DNA of 64,000 nt from an uncultured Hyphomicrobiaceae bacterium (GCA_937931785.1 CALHAX010000069.1:53837-117836), one strand, 5' to 3'. Numbered from the stretch's first letter, positions 10,425 through 19,332 are shown. Program-made: numbers and translations. Notes: generated by a model not told the origin, from the letters alone.

Positions 10425-12184
10425 TGGCAACACGCGCGGACATTCCTCTGATTGACCCGGCGTGGCCGTCCGGTGCGGAATTGCTGGCAGAGGGACACGC
10501 ACTGGCAAAAGACTGGCAGGTGGTCCCACGCACGTTCCTGAAGACGGCTAACGCTTGGTGCGAGGCGGACTATAAAACTGCGACCTCCGAGGCTGGGCGG
10601 ACCATGCAGCATGCGCAGGTCGGTTTTCGTGATCTTGCGAAGTCGCAGCGGGCGTTCGTCGAGATTTACGAGTCCTGCAAAGCTCGCGGCGTGACGGTGG
10701 ATCGCTACGGCATCTGCCTTGATTGGTCGATGGCGGTTCCACGCGACCAGCGCGCGTGTGCGCAAAAGGGCACGGGATTGATCCTCACCGACGTCGCAGA
10801 GTTTGTTTCCCTCGGCGAGGCTGCGCCGGTCGCTCCACATTTCGGGGACTTTGTGCTCGGATTTCCGGCAGCAGTGGAAAATACGCAAGCTGCACTAGAG
10901 GCAGGATCAACTGCCATTGGAAACCTTGGGCAGTACTTCACGTTCCGCACGCCGGGTTTCGAAGATGATGTTGAGGCGACCCGTGCCACATTGCGCGCTT
11001 TGGGACTGATTGCGGCGCAGGACCGAACAGTGCTCGTGCATTCGAACCTCGACGATGGATTTGCGGCACAATTCTCGGATCTCGCATCGTGCCTTGGTGC
11101 CGTGTTGCTGGAAATCGACATCTTCGGACGCATGGCAGGATGTGCTGTCAGCCACTGCTACGGTCACCATTTCACAGATCCCGTGCGACGGTTGGCATTC
11201 CAGTTTGCGCTGGCGCAAGTCAATTCCCAACCGGGAACCATGATCTACGGCAGCACCATGAGCTATCGCGGCACACCCGCGGAGAATTACGCCAGCCTCG
11301 CGGCCTACCTCACAACGGATATTCTCGGGCAGCAAACCGCGCCAAGCGGGCATGCGATCAATCCCGTTCCGGTGATGGAAAACGATCGCATTCCGGACAT
11401 TGACGAAATTGTCGATGCGCAGTTGTTCGCAAGCCGGATGGTCGAGGAAGCAGAGGATCTAGCGGGTTTGACGGATGTTGCCGAAGCTCAAGCCCTGGCC
11501 GCAAAACTCGTTGAAGGCGGGCAGGTGTTCTATCACAACGTCCGACATGGCTTTGCCGACGCCGGTGTTCATGTGGACGATCCGTTCCAGATGATGATCA
11601 CATTGCGCCGGGTGGGCGGCCATGCACTTGAAGCCGCATTCGGAGCAGGAGCAACGGATGGCACAGTACCGAACGCACGCACACCGATTGTCCGAGCTTC
11701 GCTCATGGATGAAATTGACGCCATGGCGGAGGCTGCACTTACCAGAGTCAACGACACGGACAAGGATGCGCTCAAGACAGCAAATCTGGTCATGCTGACC
11801 GCCAGCACAGATGTACACGCGCATGGCAAGATGGCGGTGGATTCGTTCCTGAGAGCGCTGGGTATCACCGTAGTTGATGGCGGCATGACGGCTGATACGG
11901 CAGAGCTTGCTGCGCGCGCCACTACGGAATGTGTCGATGCCATTGCCATCAGCACTTACAACGGTGTGGCGCTGGATTTTGCAAACGCCCTCACGGCAGC
12001 ACTCACCCCAGGCATTCCCATCTTCATCGGCGGCCGTCTGAACCAGATCCCGTCTGGCTCCAATACCAGTCTTCCTGTCGACGTCAGTGCCGAATTGCAG
12101 GATCGCGGTTGCATCACATGTCCGCGATTCGAGGATATTGTTACGCCACTGATCGCCCATGTACAGGCCACGAAAGCGCGCTGA
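10424..12184 (+). CDS. Cobalamin-binding domain protein, uncharacterised putative B12-dependent enzyme
   Basis: C-terminal DVHAHG (DxHxxG), ISTYNG and IFIGG motifs of a B12-binding domain; about 450-aa N-terminal domain; ATG overlaps the alkA TGA. Confidence 0.8.
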   Translation: MATRADIPLIDPAWPSGAELLAEGHALAKDWQVVPRTFLKTANAWCEADYKTATSEAGRTMQHAQVGFRDLAKSQRAFVEIYESCKARGVTVDRYGICLDWSMAVPRDQRACAQKGTGLILTDVAEFVSLGEAAPVAPHFGDFVLGFPAAVENTQAALEAGSTAIGNLGQYFTFRTPGFEDDVEATRATLRALGLIAAQDRTVLVHSNLDDGFAAQFSDLASCLGAVLLEIDIFGRMAGCAVSHCYGHHFTDPVRRLAFQFALAQVNSQPGTMIYGSTMSYRGTPAENYASLAAYLTTDILGQQTAPSGHAINPVPVMENDRIPDIDEIVDAQLFASRMVEEAEDLAGLTDVAEAQALAAKLVEGGQVFYHNVRHGFADAGVHVDDPFQMMITLRRVGGHALEAAFGAGATDGTVPNARTPIVRASLMDEIDAMAEAALTRVNDTDKDALKTANLVMLTASTDVHAHGKMAVDSFLRALGITVVDGGMTADTAELAARATTECVDAIAISTYNGVALDFANALTAALTPGIPIFIGGRLNQIPSGSNTSLPVDVSAELQDRGCITCPRFEDIVTPLIAHVQATKAR

Positions 12185-12332
12185 GTCCCAAATCCAAGGG
12201 CCGGATGAGCGCGTATAACTGTTGCGTCTCACATGCAACTTCACAGAACTGACATGAGCGACTAGTATCCGCCCGTCACGTCAGGAGGTGTGTGTTCGAT
12301 TCGATAACAGACAAATATCAGGAGGCCCGATC

Positions 12333-12893
12333 ATGAGCGCCGCCACTGCGTCGCCGGATGGATTCCCGGCATTGGTTCTCAACGCCGATTTCCGGCCACT
12401 GAGCTATTATCCGCTTTCCTTATGGAGCTGGCAGGACACCGTGAAAGCCGTGTTTCTGAACCGGGTCAACATTGTCTCCGAATACGAACACGCCGTGCAC
12501 AGCCCGACATTTGAAATGCAGCTGCCAAGCGTGGTGTCGCTCAAGACTTACGTGAAGCCCGCGCTGTACCCGGCGTTTACGCGGTTCAACGTGTTCCTGC
12601 GCGACCGATTTTCCTGCCAGTATTGTGGCGCGCCGGATGATCTCACTTTTGATCATGTCATTCCCCGCTCGCGCGGCGGACAAACCACCTGGGACAATGT
12701 GTCGACCGCGTGCGCTCCGTGCAACCTGCGCAAGGCAAACAAGATGCCGAAAGTTGCGGGTATGATTCCGAAGCAGTCACCGTATCGCCCTACGGTTTAC
12801 GAACTGCACGCGAACGGTCGGCAGTTCCCGCCGAACTATCTGCACGAAAGCTGGATGGATTATCTCTACTGGGATGCCGAACTGGAAGCTTGA
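12333..12893 (+). CDS. HNH endonuclease
   Basis: RFNVFLRD..CQYCG, DHVIPRSRGG, CAPCNLRK motifs; GGAGG RBS. Confidence 0.93.
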   Translation: MSAATASPDGFPALVLNADFRPLSYYPLSLWSWQDTVKAVFLNRVNIVSEYEHAVHSPTFEMQLPSVVSLKTYVKPALYPAFTRFNVFLRDRFSCQYCGAPDDLTFDHVIPRSRGGQTTWDNVSTACAPCNLRKANKMPKVAGMIPKQSPYRPTVYELHANGRQFPPNYLHESWMDYLYWDAELEA

Positions 12894-12917
12894 GCCGCGC
12901 GCATCAGGAGGCACGCT

Positions 12918-13298
12918 TCAACCTGGTCTGATGCGGAACTTGACGGTCTTGCCGCTACTCATCTTGCCAATGCCAGTGCCGCGTGGGGGCAGACTACTGG
13001 TCAGTGTGTAGGTGAATTTTCCGGTACGACCGTCAGTGCACTTCATCTGTCCACTGCCACCACTGAAGAGAAGATTTACGGTAACTGCGCCTTTGCATCG
13101 GACGCCCTTCGTTGTGCGGCCGCGCACCGTGCCGCTGAATGTCAGGACATTCACCTTGATGCGGCCCGTCATCTTTTCGCTATCGCCCGGCGACCAGGCG
13201 TCGAACTTCGCATTTACGGTGGTGATACTCTGAGCTACAGCCGGTGAAGACATCACGACAATCGTAACGGCGAACAAACATCTGAAAAATGAGGACAT
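12918..13298 (-). CDS. Hypothetical secreted basic beta-rich protein
   Basis: Signal peptide MSSFFRCLFAVTIVVMSSPAVA; two Cys in the mature part; AGGAG RBS. Confidence 0.7.
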   Translation of the reverse strand: MSSFFRCLFAVTIVVMSSPAVAQSITTVNAKFDAWSPGDSEKMTGRIKVNVLTFSGTVRGRTTKGVRCKGAVTVNLLFSGGSGQMKCTDGRTGKFTYTLTSSLPPRGTGIGKMSSGKTVKFRIRPG

Positions 13299-13394
13299 GA
13301 TTTCACTCCTGCGCCTTTCGGGGGTGGCACAAGCGAAGTGTTGCATCTTGACGGAGGGGAATGGAAGCGATGCCCGGAGGCATGGCTAACACGC

Positions 13395-13430
13395 AAAAAC
13401 AAGAATGGCCCGGTTGGCCCGGGCTTCTTG
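13395..13430 (-). terminator. Rho-independent terminator
   Basis: On the - strand it reads CAAGAA-GCCCGG-GCCAA-CCGGGC-CA-TTCTTG followed by TTTTT. Confidence 0.75.
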
Positions 13431-13515
13431 ATCTTCAGCGTGATGCGAACACCCCAGGGGGGCGGGCTGCCCGCATCACGGCATGAGATGGACTTTTAAC
13501 TTGTTTCGGAGGCGA

Positions 13516-13800
13516 TCAGCGCCCTGGTACACACAATGACATCGCAATGTTCTCGACTGCATTGCCCCAGTTTGCTTCTGGCGCCCGGCCAGCAAGACCG
13601 AAGGACGACATGGCGTCGACGGGGGAACCGCCATGGCGGAAAATCCGGGCGCAAGACTGGCGTGCATATCCGACAGCGTTGTCCCATTGTGCTGGATTGA
13701 TGTGTGTTGGCTTCATGATCTCGGCCTCCTCGTATCTCGCGCTGCCCCGCTTTGCTGCGGGTTTCTCTCTGGCGATGAATGGTTTCGCTTTTTTCGTCAT
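13516..13800 (-). CDS. Small hypothetical protein (94 aa; an alternative downstream start at MKPTHI is possible)
   Basis: Protein-like helical core QWDNAVGYARQSCARIFRHGGSPVDAM..NWGNAVENIA, followed by a hairpin and terminator. Confidence 0.65.
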   Translation of the reverse strand: MTKKAKPFIAREKPAAKRGSARYEEAEIMKPTHINPAQWDNAVGYARQSCARIFRHGGSPVDAMSSFGLAGRAPEANWGNAVENIAMSLCVPGR

Positions 13801-14620
13801 CTGGAATACTCGATTTACGCGACGCGACATGAACGCAACTTGAACCAACCCGACAGACAAAACAATCGGTACGCAACGCTTACACAGACGCAACAAAACA
13901 CAACGGATACGGGTGACGCTTGACTGACAGAGAGACCAAAACGCGATCTCTTACGCGGTACTTTTTACAATCCACCAGAACACGACACGGTGGAGAAAAA
14001 CGAGGGTACGCACAACAAAACCCTTCGCAGATATGAAGGCAGCTATTTGAAGACAGGCACGCCCAGAGGAGGGCTGGTTTCACTACGCAGTACCTGACAA
14101 TGTGAAACCTTGGTTTGGGCTGGTGCTCGACCAGACGCGCCTGTCAACTCGTACCGGGCGAGGCCCGGAAACTCTGAATTCCTGTCTGTGGTCCCGACCG
14201 AGACCAATGCGCCGTCATACGCGAAACTTTTAACTGACGGGCCTGGCCTGCAAGCCGCTGGAACGTACGGCTCAAAACGGTTTTCGGGGACGCAATACTC
14301 AAATCATACGGATACGCTTGAAACGCTTCTTCTTGATCTTGGCCACTCCGATACGCAGGAGACGCGGCTGAACGGGGACGCAACGCAACTTTGAACTCGG
14401 TACGCAAACTGAACGCAGTACTTGACGCTGAACTGGCAGGCGACGCGATACGGATACGCTTTACAAACTGTTGTGCGAGGGAACGCGAGACACTCTTCGG
14501 AGCCACATGATCATCGGTCAGCACACCATCCACTGCAGTACGCGCAACTTCAGGATGGGGGGCCAACATCGTGGAACGCTGGTGTGCCGCTGTACGACCT
14601 TCAACCATTCGCTCCGCTCT
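13801..14620 (-). ncRNA. Candidate long structured RNA or leader with repeated GCGU motifs
   Basis: 29 ACGC versus 0 GCGT on + in 13817-14579; at least 8 tandem inverted repeats; no recognisable protein; boundaries approximate. Confidence 0.5.
13831..13845. promoter_or_regulatory. Possible alphaproteobacterial LexA box
   Basis: GAAC-gcaactt-GAAC (= GTTC-N7-GTTC on -), about 30 bp upstream of ATG 13800. Confidence 0.35.
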
Positions 14621-14813
14621 CCCTCTTTCTCAATCAACCGCCTGGTTCGGAGCACTCTTGGAGTTGGCTTCTTGCCCGGCGACAGGTGTGGTTATGCAGA
14701 GTCACTTTGGCAACAACCCGAGCGGAATCAGGCGGCAAAAAGGTAATTTGCTTGACAGATGTTCAGGATGACGATGTTGCTAATTCGTTCTCAAGGCGAA
14801 AACACGTTTTGAA

Positions 14814-15359
14814 TCAAGCGTTTGATCTGAATCCACGACGGAATACAGAAAAACAGGCCGCAAAAAATATTGCAGAAATAATCACGTTCCACCCGGCAAA
14901 TGATAATCCAAGGAATCGCCACGGCGCTTCATCGCACCGAATGACCCGGGTTTCTTCCAGAGTGCCAAGCAAATTGCCAGCGTCGCCCGTCAGGCCAGCT
15001 GCCGCAGCTCCGCTGGAACATGCCGTAGGTCCAGCCCACCATTTCCATTCGACACCGGAGTGATAGGCCGCGAGAATGACATTGGCTGCGAAGGCCACGA
15101 GCACCAACGCCAACAAGAGAGCGCCCGGCCCCTGTCGTAACTCACGGAAAAACAACGCGATGGCGAAGAGGGCGGGGATCGTGAAGTAGTAGGCCCAGCG
15201 CTGTTGGAGACAAAGCGGACATGGTTCGAGGCCGCCGAAGATCTCGTACGCCCAAGCGATGGCGATGACACCAAACGCCGCCAATGCCACCAGCATGAGC
15301 GTTCCAATGCCGGAGCCGGATTGATCCCGTGCCGCGTGGTGAGTGGCAGACATGGTCAT
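14814..15359 (-). CDS. dsbB: Disulfide bond formation protein B family
   Basis: PCPLCLQQR, YHSGVEWKWW.GPTAC and RCDE..W..GLSFAGWN motifs. Confidence 0.9.
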   Translation of the reverse strand: MTMSATHHAARDQSGSGIGTLMLVALAAFGVIAIAWAYEIFGGLEPCPLCLQQRWAYYFTIPALFAIALFFRELRQGPGALLLALVLVAFAANVILAAYHSGVEWKWWAGPTACSSGAAAAGLTGDAGNLLGTLEETRVIRCDEAPWRFLGLSFAGWNVIISAIFFAACFSVFRRGFRSNA

Positions 15360-15388
15360 GGCTTAGCTTCCAAATTCGGCGACAGATT

Positions 15389-15970
15389 TCAGAACAGATA
15401 CTTTAGAGCGACGAAGCCGCCAAACAAAGTCACGACCCCGACAGTGAAAACGAGCCCCAGACGGCGTTCGATGAATGTGCGGATTGGCGGGCCAAACCAG
15501 TAGAGCAGACCGCAAACGGCGAAGAAACGCAGCCCACGTGCGACGATGCTGGCCAGGACAAAGACAACAAGGTTCAAACCTGTGGCACCACTGGCGATGG
15601 TGATGACCTTATAGGGGAACGGCGTAACGCCGGCGATCAGCACAATCCACGCACCCCAGTCATTATATTGACCTTTGAACGCCTCGAATTTCTCCGCATA
15701 GCCATAAAACTCGAAGACGGGCTGCCCGACCGTCTCATAGAGAAAGTAACCGATGGCGTAGCCCAAAAGGGCCCCGAGTACGGACCCGGCTGTGCATACA
15801 AATGCGTAGAACCAGGCCTTTGCACGTTCGGCAAGCACCATGGGGATGAGCATGATGTCCGGCGGGATCGGAAAGAACGAGCTTTCGACAAACGATACGC
15901 CGAACAGCGCATGCGTTGCCTTGGGATGGCCGGCGAGGCTCATGCAGTAATCGTAGAGGCGTCTCAGCAT
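15389..15970 (-). CDS. YqaA family (DedA/VTT) membrane protein
   Basis: SFVESSFFPIPPD and TPFPYK motifs. Confidence 0.92.
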   Translation of the reverse strand: MLRRLYDYCMSLAGHPKATHALFGVSFVESSFFPIPPDIMLIPMVLAERAKAWFYAFVCTAGSVLGALLGYAIGYFLYETVGQPVFEFYGYAEKFEAFKGQYNDWGAWIVLIAGVTPFPYKVITIASGATGLNLVVFVLASIVARGLRFFAVCGLLYWFGPPIRTFIERRLGLVFTVGVVTLFGGFVALKYLF

Positions 15971-16031
15971 GGGCGGTCTCTAGCCGGACCCGCTAGCCTT
16001 GTCGATTGGCAATGCTGTATGAACTTGCACA

Positions 16032-16694
16032 ATGATGAACGAACCGCTGCCCATCCTCTACAGTTTTCGCCGCTGCCCTTATGCGATGCGGGCGCGTCTG
16101 GCGCTTTGCGTCAGTGAGACACGATGCGAATTGCGCGAAATCGTACTGCGGGACAAGGCACCTGCGTTTCTCGAAGCGTCGCCAAAGGGCACGGTTCCGG
16201 TGGTGGTCACGCCCGACGGCCGCGTGATTGAAGAGAGCTTCGACATTATGCTTTGGGCGCTGGAGCGTCACGACCCCGAAAGGTGGCTCACGCCGGAGCA
16301 TGGAACATTGGACGACATGTTGGCGCTGATCACGCAAAGCGACAATGGATTCAAGACAAATCTCGACTGCTACAAGTATCCGAACCGGCATGATGGTGGG
16401 AGTGCACTGGCTGCACGGGAGGCGGGGGGCGTTTTTCTGTGCGAATTGGACAAGCGGCTGGCGACGACATCTCATCTGTTCGGTGATCGGGTGTCGCTTG
16501 CAGATATGGCGATTGCGCCGTTCGTACGCCAATTCGCGCACGTGGACCGGGCATGGTTCGACGATCAGAACTGGCCGCAGCTGCGCGACTGGCTGGATCG
16601 GTTCCTTTCCTCAGATCGTTTTCTCTCGATCATGAACAAGTACACGAAGTGGCAGTCCGGAGATGGTGTCACGCTGTTTCCCGGGAAATCATGA
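16032..16694 (+). CDS. Glutathione S-transferase family protein
   Basis: YSFRRCPYAMRAR, SPKGTVPV and SLADMAIAPFVRQF motifs. Confidence 0.92.
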   Translation: MMNEPLPILYSFRRCPYAMRARLALCVSETRCELREIVLRDKAPAFLEASPKGTVPVVVTPDGRVIEESFDIMLWALERHDPERWLTPEHGTLDDMLALITQSDNGFKTNLDCYKYPNRHDGGSALAAREAGGVFLCELDKRLATTSHLFGDRVSLADMAIAPFVRQFAHVDRAWFDDQNWPQLRDWLDRFLSSDRFLSIMNKYTKWQSGDGVTLFPGKS

Positions 16695-16778
16695 CGATGT
16701 TGCTTCGATGAGCAATGCGGGGCGACAATCGGAAACAACATTGTTACGGTTCAGGCTGCCGTAACCCGGAGATCTTGC

Positions 16779-17411
16779 ATGTTTCGTCTGTTCCGATGGA
16801 TTCGCACCAATACTCTATATGGCGCAGCCGCCCTGATCCCTGTCGCCGCACTAATGCTGATCGGATACTACTTTTATTCGCTCTGGCGCGACGTACTTAC
16901 ACCTTTGGCCAATCGATTTGGCTTTGTTGGTCTGGATTCGCAACTTTCCGCAATCGGGTTTGCACTTGGCGGACTGTTGATTGCCAGTTTCATCATCGGA
17001 ACGATCGTGCGGACACGTTTCGGCAGTTGGACGTTCGAAAAGGTCGAGAAGCGTATTCTTGTGCATCTGCCGGGGTATGGCATGCTCTCCACCTTGCTGC
17101 GCGGCTTTGCGGACGATGACCATGCCTACCCGGCAGCGCTTGCGGCCTTGCAACCGGGTGGAGCGGCCAAAGTGCTGTGTTTCGTCATGGAAGACACCGG
17201 CCAGGCGAACATCACGATCTTCGTGCCGAGCGCGCCCATGATGACGGTTGGGCAGATCTACTCGATCGCGCGCGAGAATGTTGAAATCCTTCCCGAAACA
17301 GGCGTGGAAGCGACCGGAGCTATTTCACAATGGGGTGTTGGATTGCAGCCAAGCATCGCAAAAGGACGTGCCATAGCGTCCCGTTTGGCAGCCCCGCCTG
17401 CCGCAGAGTGA
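16779..17411 (+). CDS. DUF502-like membrane protein
   Basis: Two N-terminal TM helices, LPGY, FVPSAP..G and ISQWG pattern. Confidence 0.7.
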   Translation: MFRLFRWIRTNTLYGAAALIPVAALMLIGYYFYSLWRDVLTPLANRFGFVGLDSQLSAIGFALGGLLIASFIIGTIVRTRFGSWTFEKVEKRILVHLPGYGMLSTLLRGFADDDHAYPAALAALQPGGAAKVLCFVMEDTGQANITIFVPSAPMMTVGQIYSIARENVEILPETGVEATGAISQWGVGLQPSIAKGRAIASRLAAPPAAE

Positions 17412-17472
17412 TTCAAATGGCACAACCATGTGGGCTGTACGTAATAATCACAGCTTCACACTGTCTCTGGCG

Positions 17473-17500
17473 TTGACGCAGGCTGCGACGCGACTATGTT
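17473..17500 (+). promoter_or_regulatory. Putative sigma70 promoter of tRNA-Leu
   Basis: TTGACG-N16-TATGTT about 55 bp upstream of the tRNA. Confidence 0.4.
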
Positions 17501-17556
17501 CTGCCGCTCACACGTCTTGGGCGCTCGTCATGTGATGAAACGCCTTGCGGTCACAG

Positions 17557-17641
17557 GCCCCTGTGGCGGAATTGGTAGACGCGCGGGATTCAAAATCCCG
17601 TTCCTTCGGGAGTGTCGGTTCGATTCCGACCGGGGGCACCA
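17557..17641 (+). tRNA. tRNA-Leu (CAA)
   Basis: Acceptor stem GCCCCTG/CGGGGGC, anticodon arm CGGGA-TTCAAAA-TCCCG, long variable arm, GGTTCGATT T-loop, encoded CCA. Confidence 0.97.
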
Positions 17642-17677
17642 CTGACTGGCTGACACGACGCACGGGAGACGCAACAG

Positions 17678-18763
17678 ATGGGGCGAAACTTCCAGAGCTG
17701 TTCAGGTCGCGCACTGCCTGTGCTTGCGCGCTTGCGGCTTACGCGTGCCGTGTTTGTTACCCTTCTTCTGTTTGCAAGCCTGTCCGGCATGCGCACTGCG
17801 TATGCAACAGGTCCAGCTTTGCTCTTCGATGCTACGAGCGGCGCCATCATCTATTCCGACGAACCTGACACGCGCTGGCATCCAGCGTCGCTGACTAAGC
17901 TGATGACAGCCTACATCGTGTTCGAGGAACTGCGCGCCGGGCGACTGCGCATGGATGATGTTATCGTAACATCGAAGGTGGCGCGTGCGGTTCAACCCAG
18001 CAAGATTGGATTGCCTGTCGGCGGCAAGATGCCAGTGCGCGTTGGCCTGAATGCCCTGATTATCAAGTCGGCGAACGATGTTGCGATCATGTTTGCAGAG
18101 CGTGTCTCCGGTAGTGTGGCAGCATTTGCAAAACGTATGAATGCCACAGCGCAACGCATTGGAATGACACGAAGCAATTTCGTCAATCCGAATGGCCTGC
18201 ACCATACGCAGCAATATTCGACTGCGCGCGACATGGGTCTTCTCGCGCGCGCGCTGATCAATGATTTTCCACAGCATGCAGCACTTTTTACAAAGTCACG
18301 AATGCGTTTCGGAAAAGCCCGGCTGAAGTCGTTCAATCTCCTGCTCAACACCTTTGATGGTGCGGATGGTATGAAAACAGGTTTCGTCTGTGCCGCAGGA
18401 TTCAATATCGTCTCTTCAGCAACACGGAACGGTCGCCGACTGATCGCAATCGTACTGGGTGCCGTCACAGCGCGGCAACGCAATCACCGCGCCGCACAAT
18501 TGCTCCAGCATGGCTTTGACAATGGTGCGTGGAAAACCTTTTTCTTCCCGACCACCCTCAGAACTATGGCAGTGTCCGAGCGCGCCGGAGGCGGACCGAT
18601 CAACATGCGGCCAAACGTGCGTGCGTGGGTATGCGGATGGCGGAAAAACCGTGCCAAACAGCAAGCTGCAGCACTTCGGCGTTCGAAGTGGCAGACCGAA
18701 ACCCAGACAACCGGCACACCATCACGCCGTTCTGTAGCAAGTGCGTTTCCATCGCAACGTTGA
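17678..18763 (+). CDS. D-alanyl-D-alanine carboxypeptidase (peptidase S11)
   Basis: HPASLTK (SxxK), SAN, NPNGL and KTG motifs; start uncertain. Confidence 0.92.
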   Translation: MGRNFQSCSGRALPVLARLRLTRAVFVTLLLFASLSGMRTAYATGPALLFDATSGAIIYSDEPDTRWHPASLTKLMTAYIVFEELRAGRLRMDDVIVTSKVARAVQPSKIGLPVGGKMPVRVGLNALIIKSANDVAIMFAERVSGSVAAFAKRMNATAQRIGMTRSNFVNPNGLHHTQQYSTARDMGLLARALINDFPQHAALFTKSRMRFGKARLKSFNLLLNTFDGADGMKTGFVCAAGFNIVSSATRNGRRLIAIVLGAVTARQRNHRAAQLLQHGFDNGAWKTFFFPTTLRTMAVSERAGGGPINMRPNVRAWVCGWRKNRAKQQAAALRRSKWQTETQTTGTPSRRSVASAFPSQR

Positions 18764-18789
18764 CGCGCAGGTGAAGCCAGGGTCGGATA

Positions 18790-19332
18790 ATGGAAACCAA
18801 TCCGCAGGACATCGTTTCATTCTGGCAAGATGCCGGTCCCGGCAAGTGGTTTCGCAAATCTGACGATTTTGATCGAACCATCGCTGCAACATTTGGCGCA
18901 GATGTTCAACGTGCGCGTCGCGGTCAGCTTGACCACTGGCGCGATGATGCGGCCCCGTGTCTTGCGCTGATCATTCTTCTCGACCAGTTCCCGCGCAACA
19001 TGTTTCGTGGCACAGCACAGATGTTTGCCAGTGACACAAAAGCCGTTGCCACGGCACACTACGCGATCGATGCCGGACATGACCAGGCCATTGATGAAGC
19101 ATTACGCGCATTCGTTTATATGCCGTTCATGCATTCAGAAGCACCTGCCGATCAGGTTACCAGCGTTCGCCTGTTCGAATTGTTGGGCAAGCCGGGCAAT
19201 ATCAAACATGCACTGCAACATGCTGAAATCATTGCAAAATATTCCCGATTCCCCCATCGCAATGCCATTCTGGGGCGCGTATCAAGCCCTGAAGAACTTG
19301 CGTTTCTTGAGCGCGGAGGCTTCTCCGGCTGA
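18790..19332 (+). CDS. DUF924 family protein
   Basis: LDQFPRNMFRG, YMPFMHSE and RFPHRNAILGR motifs. Confidence 0.92.
   Translation: METNPQDIVSFWQDAGPGKWFRKSDDFDRTIAATFGADVQRARRGQLDHWRDDAAPCLALIILLDQFPRNMFRGTAQMFASDTKAVATAHYAIDAGHDQAIDEALRAFVYMPFMHSEAPADQVTSVRLFELLGKPGNIKHALQHAEIIAKYSRFPHRNAILGRVSSPEELAFLERGGFSG

Noticed and set aside
12333..12893. HNH gene as a mobile, Cas9-like or defence nuclease
   Set aside because: It is a short stand-alone HNH of the type commonly found beside gluQ/alkA/dsbB in alphaproteobacteria, with no RuvC motifs or mobile context.
14144..14608. 154-aa minus-strand ORF (preceded by a purine-rich, RBS-like stretch) and the overlapping + ORFs 14110-14394 and 14422-15063
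   Set aside because: The sequences are Ser/Arg/Ala-rich with no recognisable fold, and the GCGT motif falls in different frames. Not called as CDS, although translation of 14144-14608 as a leader ORF cannot be excluded.
13801..14620. CRISPR array, tmRNA, RNase P RNA or 6S RNA as the explanation of the repeat region
   Set aside because: The repeats are only 4-14 nt with irregular spacing and there are no cas genes. I see no tmRNA tRNA-like ends or tag frame and no RNase P GAGGAAAGUCC motif.
17557..17641. tRNA-Leu as an integration site for an island
   Set aside because: There is no integrase, I found no duplicated tRNA 3' end, and the flanking genes are housekeeping.
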